Shown piece after piece: positions 1 to 8,311 of a DNA stretch of 64,000 nt. Position numbers and translations under genes: made by a program. The DNA comes from an uncultured Eubacteriales bacterium (GTDB lineage Bacteria > Bacillota > Clostridia > Christensenellales > CAG-138): positions 6,210 to 70,209 of the forward strand of contig CACWJZ010000011.1 in assembly GCA_902761365.1 (NCBI GenBank), written 5' to 3'. The notes beneath the pieces were generated by a model. It saw nothing but the letters and a program-made list of their open reading frames with translations. It did not search any database and was not told where the DNA came from. Numbering within the stretch: position 1 is the stretch's first letter; each line of letters opens with the position of its first letter.

Positions 1-1191
1 CTCATCCATGGCAACCTTGATGGCGTGGCTGCTCTCGGGGGCGGGGAGGATGCCCTCCACCCGGGCGAAGGCCTCGGCGGCCTCGAAGACGGCGGTCTGG
101 GGCACGCTGACCGCCTCCATCATGCCCTGGTCGTAGAGCTCGGAGAGGACCGGGCTCATGCCGTGGTAGCGAAGGCCGCCCGCGTGGTTGGGGGCGGGGA
201 TGAAGTCGCTGCCCAGGGTGTACATCTTGGCCAGGGGGCACACCATGCCCGTGTCGCAGAAGTCGTAGGCGTAGACGCCCCGGGTCAGGCTGGGGCAGGA
301 GGCGGGCTCCACGGCGACGATGCGGTAATCCGCCTCGCCCCGGAGCTTCTCGCCCATGAAGGGGGCGATGAGGCCGCCCAGGTTGGAGCCGCCGCCGGCG
401 CAGCCGATGATGATGTCGGGCTTGATGCCGTACTTGTCCATGGCGATCTTGGCCTCCACGCCGATGACGCTCTGGTGGAGCAGCACCTGGTTCAGCACGC
501 TCCCCAGCACGTACCGGTAGCCGGGGTTCGATACGGCCACCTCCACGGCCTCGCTGATGGCGCAGCCTAGGCTCCCGCCGGTGCCGGGGTGCTCCTGGAG
601 GATCTTCCGGCCCACCGCCGTGGTGTCGGAGGGGGAGGGGGTCACGGACGCGCCGTAGACCTTCATGACTTCCCGGCGGAAGGGCTTCTGCTCGTAGCTG
701 ACCTTCACCATGTACACCTTGCAATCGAGGCCGAAGTAGCTGCAGGCCATGGACAGGGCCGTGCCCCATTGGCCGGCGCCGGTCTCGGTGGTGACGCCCT
801 TGAGGCCCTGCTGCTTGGCGTAGTAGGCCTGGGCCACGGCGGAGTTCAGCTTGTGGCTGCCGGAGGTGTTGTTGCCCTCAAACTTGTAGTAGATCTTGGC
901 GGGGGTCTTCAGCTTCTCCTCCAAACAGTAGGCCCGGACCAGGGGCGAGGGCCGGTACATGCGGTAGAAGCTCAAGATCTCCTCGGGGATGGGGTACTCC
1001 CGGGTGTCGTTGTCCAACTCCTGCCGGACCAGCTCGTCGCAGAACACGCCGGAGAGCTCCGCCGCGGTCATGGGCTGATGGGTGGCCGGGTTCAAGAGGG
1101 GCGCGGGCTTCTTCTGCATGTCCGCCCTGAGGTTGTACCAATACCGGGGCATCTCGGATTCGGAGAGGTAGATCTTGTAGGGGATTTCCAT
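1..1191 (-). CDS. TrpB-like PLP-dependent enzyme (tryptophan synthase beta-related, TrpB2 type); C-terminus runs off the window start
   Basis: My own translation of the minus frame from ATG 1191: MEIPYKIYLSESEMPRYWYNL...IYYKFEGNNTSGSHKLNSAVAQAYYAK...TETGAGQWGTALSMA...GCAGGGSNLGG. It is absent from the ORF track because there is no stop in the window. AGGAG lies 8 nt upstream. Confidence 0.85.
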   Translation of the reverse strand, partial: MEIPYKIYLSESEMPRYWYNLRADMQKKPAPLLNPATHQPMTAAELSGVFCDELVRQELDNDTREYPIPEEILSFYRMYRPSPLVRAYCLEEKLKTPAKIYYKFEGNNTSGSHKLNSAVAQAYYAKQQGLKGVTTETGAGQWGTALSMACSYFGLDCKVYMVKVSYEQKPFRREVMKVYGASVTPSPSDTTAVGRKILQEHPGTGGSLGCAISEAVEVAVSNPGYRYVLGSVLNQVLLHQSVIGVEAKIAMDKYGIKPDIIIGCAGGGSNLGGLIAPFMGEKLRGEADYRIVAVEPASCPSLTRGVYAYDFCDTGMVCPLAKMYTLGSDFIPAPNHAGGLRYHGMSPVLSELYDQGMMEAVSVPQTAVFEAAEAFARVEGILPAPESSHAIKVAMDE

Positions 1192-1210
1192 GGTGTTTTC
1201 TCCTTTTTTT

Positions 1211-1264
1211 CTTGTGTTCCTTTTTCTTTTCGGTGAAAAGAAAAAGGAACCGAAAAAGAAAAGC
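1211..1264 (+). repeat. Homopyrimidine/homopurine hairpin repeat, copy 1
   Basis: cttgtgttcctttttcttttcGGTGaaaagaaaaaggaaccgaaaaagaaaagc. It aligns with copies at 6129-6184 and 24277-24333. Confidence 0.7.
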
Positions 1265-1369
1265 TCAATAGGGGTAAATGGTCAGGGGAACAGAGCGTTA
1301 TTTCTTCTTAAGTTCTTTTGGGCAGCTTTTCTTTCAAGAAAAGCTGCGAAGCTTCCAATAAAATCCACT

Positions 1370-1398
1370 AAAAAGGCCTCGCCCGATTGGACGAGGCC
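1370..1398 (-). terminator. Intrinsic terminator of the trp leader (attenuator)
   Basis: Minus strand reads GGCCUCGUCC-AAUC-GGGCGAGGCC followed by UUUUU. Confidence 0.75.
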
Positions 1399-1416
1399 TG
1401 CGCTTCCTTCAGCGGC

Positions 1417-1500
1417 TCACGATCCAACTCCGGGCACGGCGAAACGGCGGCTAAACCACCAGCCGCTAAACCAGAAGGACCGTGTGCCCCTGTTGCCCAT
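1417..1500 (-). CDS. Candidate Trp leader peptide (27 aa, MGNRGTRSFWFSGWWFSRRFAVPGVGS)
   Basis: AAGGGAG plus 8 nt plus ATG. It has three UGG codons, including a tandem UGG-UGG at 1461-1456. It sits between a promoter and an intrinsic terminator upstream of the trpB-like gene. Confidence 0.55.
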   Translation of the reverse strand: MGNRGTRSFWFSGWWFSRRFAVPGVGS

Positions 1501-1532
1501 GGATCGTGCTCCCTTCTCAGAAATTATATATT

Positions 1533-1561
1533 ATTTTACACGCCCCCCGCCCGCTTGTCAA
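1533..1561 (-). promoter_or_regulatory. Sigma-A-type promoter, TTGACA-17 nt-TAAAAT
   Basis: Read on the minus strand: TTGACA at 1561-1556, a 17-nt spacer, and TAAAAT at 1538-1533. Confidence 0.6.
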
Positions 1562-1619
1562 GCCTTTCTTTTGGACCGCGCCAAAATAGGAATCGGACGG
1601 GCCTGGACCGGGCCAGGCG

Positions 1620-2543
1620 TCACTGCAAAAACCCGTTGATGATCTGCTCCTCGGCCTCCGCCTCCGTGAGGCCCAGGGTCATGAGCTTGGTGAGCTGCTC
1701 CCCGGCGATCTTGCCGATGGCGGCCTCGTGGACCAGCGCCGCGTCCAAATCGTTGGCTTCGAGGCCTGGCACCGCCAAAATGCGGCCCCGGTCCATGATG
1801 ATGGAGTCGCACTCCGTGTGGCCGGAGCAGGGGGCATTGCCCACGATCTTGGCGTCGAACTTCTGGTAGGAATCATCCCGGGCTACGGACCGGGAGACCA
1901 CGTCCGCGGTGGCACCGGCGCCGTTCAAACTGACCACATAGGTGCTGATGGCCCGCTGCTCCCCGTGGGTCATAAGCCGCTCCCGGATGAGGAGCTTCGC
2001 CCCGGCCTTCAGCTCCGCGGTGGTGGTGCGGACGGTGTCGTCCACGCCCTTGATCTGGACCATCTCCATCTCCACGGTACTGCCCTCGTCCTGGTAGACC
2101 TCGGTGCCCGGGTTCAAAATGCGCTTGCCCTTTCCCTCGCCGGAGCCGTAATGCTTCTCCACATACTTCACATGGGCGTTCTTGCCCACGTAGAACCGGT
2201 GGATGCCGTCGTGCTCCGCGTCCTGGTTGCCGCAGTTGTCGATGCCGCAGCCCGCCACGATCAGCACGTCCGCCCCCTCGCCCACGAAAAAGTCGTTGTA
2301 GACTACCTCCTTGAGGCCCGTTTGCGTCAACACCACGGGGATATGCACGCTCTCGTTCTTCGTGAATGGGGCGATGCGGATGTCCATGCCGCTCACGTCC
2401 GTCTTCGAGGTGATCTCGATGTTGGCGGTGGAACGGCGGCCCGCCATCTGGCTGTTGGACCGGATATTGTAGGCGCCCTCGGGCACGGTGTGCAGATCCG
2501 CGATCTCCCGCAGCAACCGCTTCTGAATCTCGTCCAGCTTCAT
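1620..2543 (-). CDS. sufB: SufB/SufD-family Fe-S cluster assembly protein
   Basis: I chose the internal start MKLDEIQKRLL, whose ATG overlaps the sufC stop (ATGA). The upstream 80 codons of the track ORF overlap sufC and look like noise. The C-terminal ...HEAAIGKIAGEQLTKLMTLGLTEAEAEEQIINGF is typical of SufB/D. Confidence 0.75.
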   Translation of the reverse strand: MKLDEIQKRLLREIADLHTVPEGAYNIRSNSQMAGRRSTANIEITSKTDVSGMDIRIAPFTKNESVHIPVVLTQTGLKEVVYNDFFVGEGADVLIVAGCGIDNCGNQDAEHDGIHRFYVGKNAHVKYVEKHYGSGEGKGKRILNPGTEVYQDEGSTVEMEMVQIKGVDDTVRTTTAELKAGAKLLIRERLMTHGEQRAISTYVVSLNGAGATADVVSRSVARDDSYQKFDAKIVGNAPCSGHTECDSIIMDRGRILAVPGLEANDLDAALVHEAAIGKIAGEQLTKLMTLGLTEAEAEEQIINGFLQ

Positions 2544-3289
2544 GCGTCCGCGCCTCCCTTCCCGCTGATCATATGGCACTCGCTGACGGCGGAGGAGGTG
2601 CCCATGAGCTGGGGCAGGATCTCGTCCCGGGGGCCCTGCTTCTCCACCCGGCCATCCTTGAGCATGACGATCTCGTCCGCGATGTTCAATATCCGCTCCT
2701 GATGGGAGATGATGAGGATGGAGCTGTTCTTCACGGTTTGGCGCATGTGCTCGAAGACCTCGATCAAATTCTGAAAGCTCCACAGGTCGATGCCCGCCTC
2801 GGGCTCGTCGAAGACGGACAATGCCGCGCCCCGGGCCAGGACCGTGGCGATCTCGATGCGCTTCAACTCTCCGCCAGACAGGCTCGAATTGACCTCCCTG
2901 TCGATGTAGTCCCGGGCGCAGAGGCCCACGGCGGACAAATACGCGCAGGCGCCCGCCGCGGCCAGGTGCTTCCCGGCGGCGATGCGGATGAGGTCCAAAA
3001 CCTTGATGCCCTTGAAGCGGACCGGCTGCTGGAAGGCGTAGGCGATGCCGAGCCGCGCCCGGTCGGTGATGCTTTTGTCGGTGATGTCCTCGCCCTTGAA
3101 AAAGATGCGCCCCTCGGTGGGCTTCTCGATGCCCGCAATGAGCCGGGCCAAGGTGCTCTTGCCGCCGCCGTTGGGGCCGGTGATGACCACCAGCTTGTTC
3201 TCGGGGACGGTGAGGCTCACCCCGCGGATGATCTCCTTGTCCCCCCTGTCCTCCGCCACCTGGAAGGACACGTTTTTGAGTTCCAGCAT
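2540..3289 (-). CDS. sufC: Fe-S cluster assembly ATPase SufC
   Basis: MLELKNVSF..., Walker A GPNGGGKST, signature LSGGE, Walker B SVFDEPEAGID. A GAGGGA RBS precedes ATG 3289. Confidence 0.85.
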   Translation of the reverse strand: MLELKNVSFQVAEDRGDKEIIRGVSLTVPENKLVVITGPNGGGKSTLARLIAGIEKPTEGRIFFKGEDITDKSITDRARLGIAYAFQQPVRFKGIKVLDLIRIAAGKHLAAAGACAYLSAVGLCARDYIDREVNSSLSGGELKRIEIATVLARGAALSVFDEPEAGIDLWSFQNLIEVFEHMRQTVKNSSILIISHQERILNIADEIVMLKDGRVEKQGPRDEILPQLMGTSSAVSECHMISGKGGADA

Positions 3290-3533
3290 ATCTTCCCTCG
3301 CAATTTCACGTAGTATGGGTATTATACCAGACTTTTCCCCGAAAGCCAGCCCCTTTTTCACCTTTTCCCCCGTGCGGCCGCGCCCGACCGCCGCCCAGTT
3401 CACCAAAACGCCAAAATGTTTGAATTTTTTTCGAATTCCCTTCCATATTCAGAGCTCGCATGATATACTATTACCATCCCGAGTTGCCCGGTTTCGGCAC
3501 AAACGGGTAAAAAACATTTCAGGAGGGGTATCT

Positions 3534-4760
3534 ATGGCAAACAACGAACCCAAGAAGGGCGGTATCCTGCGGGCATACCTGAACTTCAACGTACTGTACA
3601 AGATCCTCATCGGTCTCGTCATCGGCGCAGTCGCGGGCATCATCCTGGCGGCTTCCGGCGTCACGGCCCTGCCCAAGTGGATCAGCATGTTCGGCACCAT
3701 CTTCACCCGGCTCTTGAAGATGATCATCATCCCGATCATCGTGGGCTCCCTGGTGGTGGGCGCGTCCTCCGTCTCCCCCGCTAACGTGGGCAAGGTCGGT
3801 ATCCGCGTCATCATCATCTACCTGGCGACCTCCGCTCTGGGCGTCATCATCGGCCTCGTCATGGGCAACATCTTCCAGCCCCATGCGGAGCTCGCTGCCG
3901 TCACCCAGCTGGCTGCCGACGCCGCCGGCAAGACTGCCGAGACCAACGTGTGGGATGTCATCGCCAACATCATCCCCACCAGCGTCCTTTCCTCCCTGGT
4001 CAACGAGACCGTGCTCCAGGTCATCTTCTTCTCCCTGGTCTTCGGCCTCTGCCTGTCCTTCATGAAGGTGTCCGAGGATGAGCGCATCCGCACCATCGCC
4101 ACCACCATGTACAACGTCTTCGACTGCCTGGCCGACGCCAAGGTTGCGGGCGCGCTGCTCACCGTGACCATCGCCTGCTTCCTGGGCTATGCCATCCACA
4201 TCGTGGCGGTTTACGGCGGTTTGCTCGCCATCTTCCGCATCAAGATCGGCGCCTTCTTCAAGGAAGCCCGGACGCCCTTCATCACCGCCTTCGTCACCCG
4301 TTCCTCCAACGGCACCCTGCCCACCACCTTCGCCGCGGCGGAGAACCTGGGCGTGGACAAGGAGGTCTATGCCTTCTCCCTGCCCCTGGGCGCCACCATC
4401 AACATGGACGGCACGGCCATCTATCAGGGCGTCTGCGCCTTCTTCCTGGTCATGTCCTGCTACGGCCGCGGCCTGACCTTCGGTGAGATGGGCATGATCG
4501 TGCTGCTGGCTACCCTGGCCTCCATCGGCACCGCGGGCGTGCCCGGCGCCGGCGCCATCATGCTGGCCATGGTCATGCAGGGCATCGACCTGCCCATCGA
4601 GGCCGGTACCACCCTGGCCGGTGCCTACGCCATGATCCTGGGCATCGACGCCATTCTGGATATGGGCCGCACCGCCCTCAACGTCACCGGCGACCTCACC
4701 TGCACCTGCTGCGTTGCCAAGCAGCTGGGCTTCGTCAAGGCCGACTCCGTGCTCAAATAA
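3534..4760 (+). CDS. Dicarboxylate/amino acid:cation symporter (DAACS family)
   Basis: Starts MANNEPKKGG after AGGAGG. Motifs FVTRSSNGTLP, PLGATINMDGTAIYQG and AILDMGRTALNVTGD. Confidence 0.85.
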   Translation: MANNEPKKGGILRAYLNFNVLYKILIGLVIGAVAGIILAASGVTALPKWISMFGTIFTRLLKMIIIPIIVGSLVVGASSVSPANVGKVGIRVIIIYLATSALGVIIGLVMGNIFQPHAELAAVTQLAADAAGKTAETNVWDVIANIIPTSVLSSLVNETVLQVIFFSLVFGLCLSFMKVSEDERIRTIATTMYNVFDCLADAKVAGALLTVTIACFLGYAIHIVAVYGGLLAIFRIKIGAFFKEARTPFITAFVTRSSNGTLPTTFAAAENLGVDKEVYAFSLPLGATINMDGTAIYQGVCAFFLVMSCYGRGLTFGEMGMIVLLATLASIGTAGVPGAGAIMLAMVMQGIDLPIEAGTTLAGAYAMILGIDAILDMGRTALNVTGDLTCTCCVAKQLGFVKADSVLK

Positions 4761-4763
4761 GGC

Positions 4764-5153
4764 ATGGTCAAGGGCGACCTCGAAAACCGACTGCGGGAAC
4801 TGGGCATCTACAGCGATTTCTACTATCGCAAGGAGCTCAAGGCCTTGGTTCAGGTATTGGGCGACTATGAGCGGCTCAACTGCCTGCTCACCGGTGTCCA
4901 CGAGGGCAACCGGAAGATGCTCGCCGTCACCGACCGGCGGATCATCGTCCTTTTCACCGCCTTGGGCGGTGGGGACGTGAAGATCATCCGGCGGGAGTCC
5001 GTCAAGGACTGGCGGTTCGAGAAGAAGTGGCTGTTTTCCAGCCTCATCATCGAAACCAAGGGCGGCGCCTCCTTCACCTTCACCAACACCCAGGGCAAGC
5101 TCAGGGACCTGTTCGACCGGGCCATGAACGAGCCCATTCCCGCAGCCGACTAA
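4764..5153 (+). CDS. Small uncharacterised protein, bacterial PH-domain-like
   Basis: 129-aa ORF, 3 nt after the transporter stop and followed by a terminator. The pattern ...LAVTDRRIIVL....ESVKDWRFEKKWLFSSLIIETKGG resembles bPH/YokE-type domains. Confidence 0.55.
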   Translation: MVKGDLENRLRELGIYSDFYYRKELKALVQVLGDYERLNCLLTGVHEGNRKMLAVTDRRIIVLFTALGGGDVKIIRRESVKDWRFEKKWLFSSLIIETKGGASFTFTNTQGKLRDLFDRAMNEPIPAAD

Positions 5154-5171
5154 CACGCGATCCAAATGAAA

Positions 5172-5202
5172 GGGACAGTCTTCGGACTGTCCCTTTTCTT
5201 TT
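5172..5202 (+). terminator. Intrinsic terminator
   Basis: GGGACAGTC-TTCG-GACTGTCCC followed by TTTTCTTTT. Confidence 0.8.
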
Positions 5203-5368
5203 CGGCTGTCGCAGAAGGCAGCAGACCATTTGCGGCATCATTATTATTGAAAACGATCACAGCCTGATTTTGCTGCAGGCAAAAAAGAATAGCCGGCGAT
5301 TTTCCGCACACAATAGACACCGACCCACATAGGATGAAAGGAAAGCGTTTCATCGGGAAGGAAGAGCG

Positions 5369-6112
5369 GTGTCGTCCTGGATCATTCAGACAATGGAATA
5401 CGACGTGGACCTGGAATCGTTGCTCCGGGACCGGCTGCGGGAGGGCGGCGCGCCCTTCGCCCTGTCGGCGGTCTGGGGCGGCGTAGGCGTGCGCATGGAG
5501 GGGCGGCAGGGGCTGGAGGCCCTCGCCAAGGCTTTGAGCGTGGTGCTGATCCACGATCTGGTGCCCTTCGAGACGGCGGCCCTGACGGACGAGATGCCCC
5601 TCGAGCTGGCGGATCGGCGGCAGGTCCTTCGCCGGGCGGTGGACGCGGCCCGGCAGCGGGAGGATCTGAGCGAGACCGCCCAGCGGCTGTCCGCCTATCT
5701 GCGGGACGAGGGGAAGCTATGCCTGGAGGGGTTCTTGCGGTTTCGGATGCCCGAGACCCTGCTCTTCTGGCGGCTGTGCGTGGAGGATGCCTTTTCAAAG
5801 CTCCTGCTGGAAAAGGAGTATGCGGAGGCGGCCGCCGTCCTGCGCCTGCTGCTCAACGAGCGCCCGCCCCGATGTCCGTCCCTGCGGCTGTGCCTCCACG
5901 GGGACGGCCTCTGCTCCCTCTCCGACGGGGAGGAGCTGCGGATGGAGTATATGGACGAGACCGGCGAGGGTATTTTGAGCCTGCTGGTGGGCATGGCCCC
6001 GGCCCGGCTCATTGTATACGACCTCTCCGGCGGCGCCCGAAAGGAGCTGGTCCACGCCCTCACCGAGATCTTTTCCGGCCGCGTCTGCCTCTACACCGGC
6101 GAATTCCCGTAA
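5369..6112 (+). CDS. ytxC: YtxC-like putative sporulation protein
   Basis: The segment LEGFLRFRMPETLLFWRLCVEDAFSKLLLEKEYAEAAAVLRLLL resembles B. subtilis YtxC (FIKFRL...EYKLEQEY...LLRNF). GTG start with a GGAAGGAAG RBS; ATG 5393 is an alternative. Confidence 0.55.
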   Translation: MSSWIIQTMEYDVDLESLLRDRLREGGAPFALSAVWGGVGVRMEGRQGLEALAKALSVVLIHDLVPFETAALTDEMPLELADRRQVLRRAVDAARQREDLSETAQRLSAYLRDEGKLCLEGFLRFRMPETLLFWRLCVEDAFSKLLLEKEYAEAAAVLRLLLNERPPRCPSLRLCLHGDGLCSLSDGEELRMEYMDETGEGILSLLVGMAPARLIVYDLSGGARKELVHALTEIFSGRVCLYTGEFP

Positions 6113-6128
6113 ACGACCCGTTATCCCA

Positions 6129-6184
6129 TTTGTGTTTTTCTTTTTCCCTCTTCACCGAAGAGAAAAAAGGAACAAAAGAAAAGG
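6129..6184 (+). repeat. Homopyrimidine/homopurine hairpin repeat, copy 2
   Basis: tttgtgtttttctttttccctcttcACCGaagagaaaaaaggaacaaaagaaaagg, between the ytxC-like stop and dnaX. Confidence 0.65.
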
Positions 6185-6232
6185 TAGCCACCGCGCCGCC
6201 CTTGTGGTATACTGATACGATAGGAGGCGCGT

Positions 6233-7933
6233 ATGGCGTATCAGGCATTGTACAGGACCTACCGGCCCGAGCGGTTCGGGCAGATGGCAGGTCAAAAGCA
6301 TATCACCACCATCCTTATGAACCAGGTGCGGGAGGGGCAGCTCTCCCACGCGTATCTATTCTGCGGCTCCCGGGGCACGGGCAAGACCACCACGGCCCGG
6401 ATCCTGGCCAAGGCCATCAACTGCCTCCATCCCGAGAACGGGGAGCCCTGTCTGCAGTGCGACAGCTGCCGGACGGCGGCTCAGCAGAACGCGGACATCA
6501 TCGAGATCGACGCGGCCAGCAACAACAGCGTGGAGAACGTTCGCGATCTTATCTCCCAGGCCCAGTTCGCGCCCCTGCAGCTCAAATATAGGGTGTTCAT
6601 CATCGATGAGGTCCACATGCTTTCGGGCTCCGCCTTCAACGCGCTCCTAAAGACCCTGGAGGAGCCGCCGGAGCACGTGGTGTTCATCCTGGCCACCACG
6701 GAGCCCCAGAAGCTCCCGGCCACCATCATCTCCCGCTGCCAGCGGTTCGACTTCCATCGGCTCACGGTCCCGGAGATCATGGGCTACATGCAGTACATTT
6801 TGAAGGCGGACGGGTCCACGGTGGCGCCCGACGGCCTTCGGATCATCGCCCGGGCGGCGGACGGCGGCATGCGCGACGCCCTGTCGCTTCTCGATCAATG
6901 CCTGTCCTTCTGCGGCGGCAAGGTCACGGCCAAGGACGTGCAGAGCGTCCTGGGCATCATGGACGAGGACTTTCTCTTTGACATGACCGACAAGCTCCTG
7001 GGCAGCGACGCCAGGGGCGCCCTGACGAGCCTCGATGAGGTGGTCCGCCAGGGCCGGGACATGGCCGTGTTCGCCGGGGAGCTGGCGGGGCATCTGCGGG
7101 CCATCCTGTTGGCCAAGGCCTGCGGCGACTGCGCGGATCTGCTCGCCTGCACGGAGGACCGCATGGCCCGATACGAGAAGCAGGCGTCGAAGCACGCCAA
7201 CGCCCGCATCCTCTACGCCATGGAACAGCTTATGAAGGTCCAGGGGGACATGCGCTACTTCCCCTCGCCCCGGATGCTTCTGGAGACGGTGCTGGTGCGG
7301 ATCGCTCAGCCCGTGGACGACAGCAGCGTGGAAGCGCTCGCCGCTCGGCTGGCTCTGGTGGAGGACCGGCTGAAGGATATATCCACGAACGGGCTGCCCG
7401 CGGCGGCCCCGGCGGCCAAGGCGCCCCAGGAGGACGCGCCCCCCTGGGAGGACTATCTTCCCGAGCCGCCCCCGGAGGAGGGGTATCTGCCGGAGGAGGC
7501 CTACGCCCCGGCCCCAGCCCCAGCGCCCCAGCCAGCGTCGCAACCGCAGCCCCAGCCGCAGCCGGAACCTCAGCCCCCGGCGTCTGCGCCTAAAGCCGAG
7601 GCCCCCAAGCCGGCGGCCAAGCCCGCTTCCGGCGGCGAGGCGGACGCCCTGTGGAAGCAGGTCCTTGCGCGGGTGCAGCGGGTCAACGCCCTGGTCCATC
7701 GCAGCGCTGCCTTTGGCCAGGCCACGGAGCTCACGGAGGACCAGCTGACCGTTTCCTTTTCGGCCCAGTACGCGGGGAAGCTTCGCATGCTCAACGCCCG
7801 CAGCGTGGCGGTCATCCAGGGCGAATTGGACGCCCTTCGGCCCGGGGTGCGGCTGCTCCTGCGGGAGGGCGAGGGCGACAGCGACGTGGCGGACCTGGTA
7901 GGCCTGTTCAAGGACAAACTGACCATAACCTGA
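6233..7933 (+). CDS. dnaX: DNA polymerase III subunit gamma/tau
   Basis: YRPERF..., Walker A GSRGTGKTT, zinc module CLQCDSC, IIDEVHMLS, SRCQRFDF. Pro/Gln/Ala-rich linker, then a C-terminal domain. Confidence 0.95.
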   Translation: MAYQALYRTYRPERFGQMAGQKHITTILMNQVREGQLSHAYLFCGSRGTGKTTTARILAKAINCLHPENGEPCLQCDSCRTAAQQNADIIEIDAASNNSVENVRDLISQAQFAPLQLKYRVFIIDEVHMLSGSAFNALLKTLEEPPEHVVFILATTEPQKLPATIISRCQRFDFHRLTVPEIMGYMQYILKADGSTVAPDGLRIIARAADGGMRDALSLLDQCLSFCGGKVTAKDVQSVLGIMDEDFLFDMTDKLLGSDARGALTSLDEVVRQGRDMAVFAGELAGHLRAILLAKACGDCADLLACTEDRMARYEKQASKHANARILYAMEQLMKVQGDMRYFPSPRMLLETVLVRIAQPVDDSSVEALAARLALVEDRLKDISTNGLPAAAPAAKAPQEDAPPWEDYLPEPPPEEGYLPEEAYAPAPAPAPQPASQPQPQPQPEPQPPASAPKAEAPKPAAKPASGGEADALWKQVLARVQRVNALVHRSAAFGQATELTEDQLTVSFSAQYAGKLRMLNARSVAVIQGELDALRPGVRLLLREGEGDSDVADLVGLFKDKLTIT

Positions 7934-7969
7934 TCTACATACAAAATCTTTCTGTGGAGGTATAGACAT

Positions 7970-8308
7970 ATGGCAAAGCACGGCGGATTCCCCATGGGCG
8001 GCATGGGCAACATGCAGCAGCTCATGAAGCAGGCCCAGCGGATGCAGGAGAACATGACCCGGAAGCAGGCGGAGCTGAACGCTCAGGAGTTTTCGGCGTC
8101 CTCCGGCGGCGGAATGGTGAAGGTCACGGTCAACGGCGCCCGGGAGGTGCTGAGCGTGGAGATCGACCCCCAGTGCGTGGACCCGGACGACATGGAGATG
8201 CTCCAGGACCTGGTGCTTTCAGCGGTGAACGGGGCCCTGAAGGAGGCCGCCGCCACCGTGGAGCAGGAGATGGGCAAGCTCACCGGCGGCATGAACATGC
8301 CCTTTTGA
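7970..8308 (+). CDS. ybaB: YbaB/EbfC family nucleoid-associated protein
   Basis: 112 aa, NMQQLMKQAQRMQENM...GGGMVKVTVNG. Canonical dnaX-ybaB-recR order. Confidence 0.9.
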   Translation: MAKHGGFPMGGMGNMQQLMKQAQRMQENMTRKQAELNAQEFSASSGGGMVKVTVNGAREVLSVEIDPQCVDPDDMEMLQDLVLSAVNGALKEAAATVEQEMGKLTGGMNMPF

Positions 8309-8311
8309 TCC

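Noticed and set aside
1370-1530. Reading the RNA upstream of the trpB-like gene as a T-box, TPP riboswitch, ykkC-type riboswitch or SRP RNA. The cues were CUGAGA, GGUGGU, ACACGG and GAAGGAAGC.
   Set aside because: None of the full consensus cores is present. There is no GGUGGUACCGCG, no ACCUGA partner for CUGAGA, and no ykkC GGGA/CCCGGGAGA arrangement. The region is too short for a T-box. The Trp-rich small ORF explains the sequence better.
1620-2783. N-terminal extensions of track ORFs, including sufB/D to 2783, sufC to 3406, the symporter from 3045, mutY to 15559, metN to 30537, and gpx from 16287.
   Set aside because: The extensions overlap neighbouring genes, translate to Arg/Pro/Gly-rich noise and lack an RBS. 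The internal ATGs have good Shine-Dalgarno sequences and match the expected family N-termini.
3519-5165. Long ORFs antisense or out of frame to real genes. Examples: 3519..5165 (-), 6647..7981 (-), 8865..10091 (-), 11972..13915 (+), 19212..20420 (-), 24412..25425 (-), 25594..26856 (+), 28611..29489 (+) and 37388..38995 (-).
   Set aside because: Their translations are low-complexity and rich in Gly, Ala, Arg, Pro, His and Asp, with no recognisable motifs. Each overlaps a gene that has clear family signatures. These are the typical shadow ORFs of high-G+C DNA.
6113-6232. SRP RNA (ffs/scr) expected upstream of dnaX, as in Bacillus.
   Set aside because: The spacer is only about 120 nt and is mostly occupied by the purine/pyrimidine hairpin repeat. 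It has no GGAA tetraloop or AGGUCCGGAAGGAAGCAGC-like domain IV motif.
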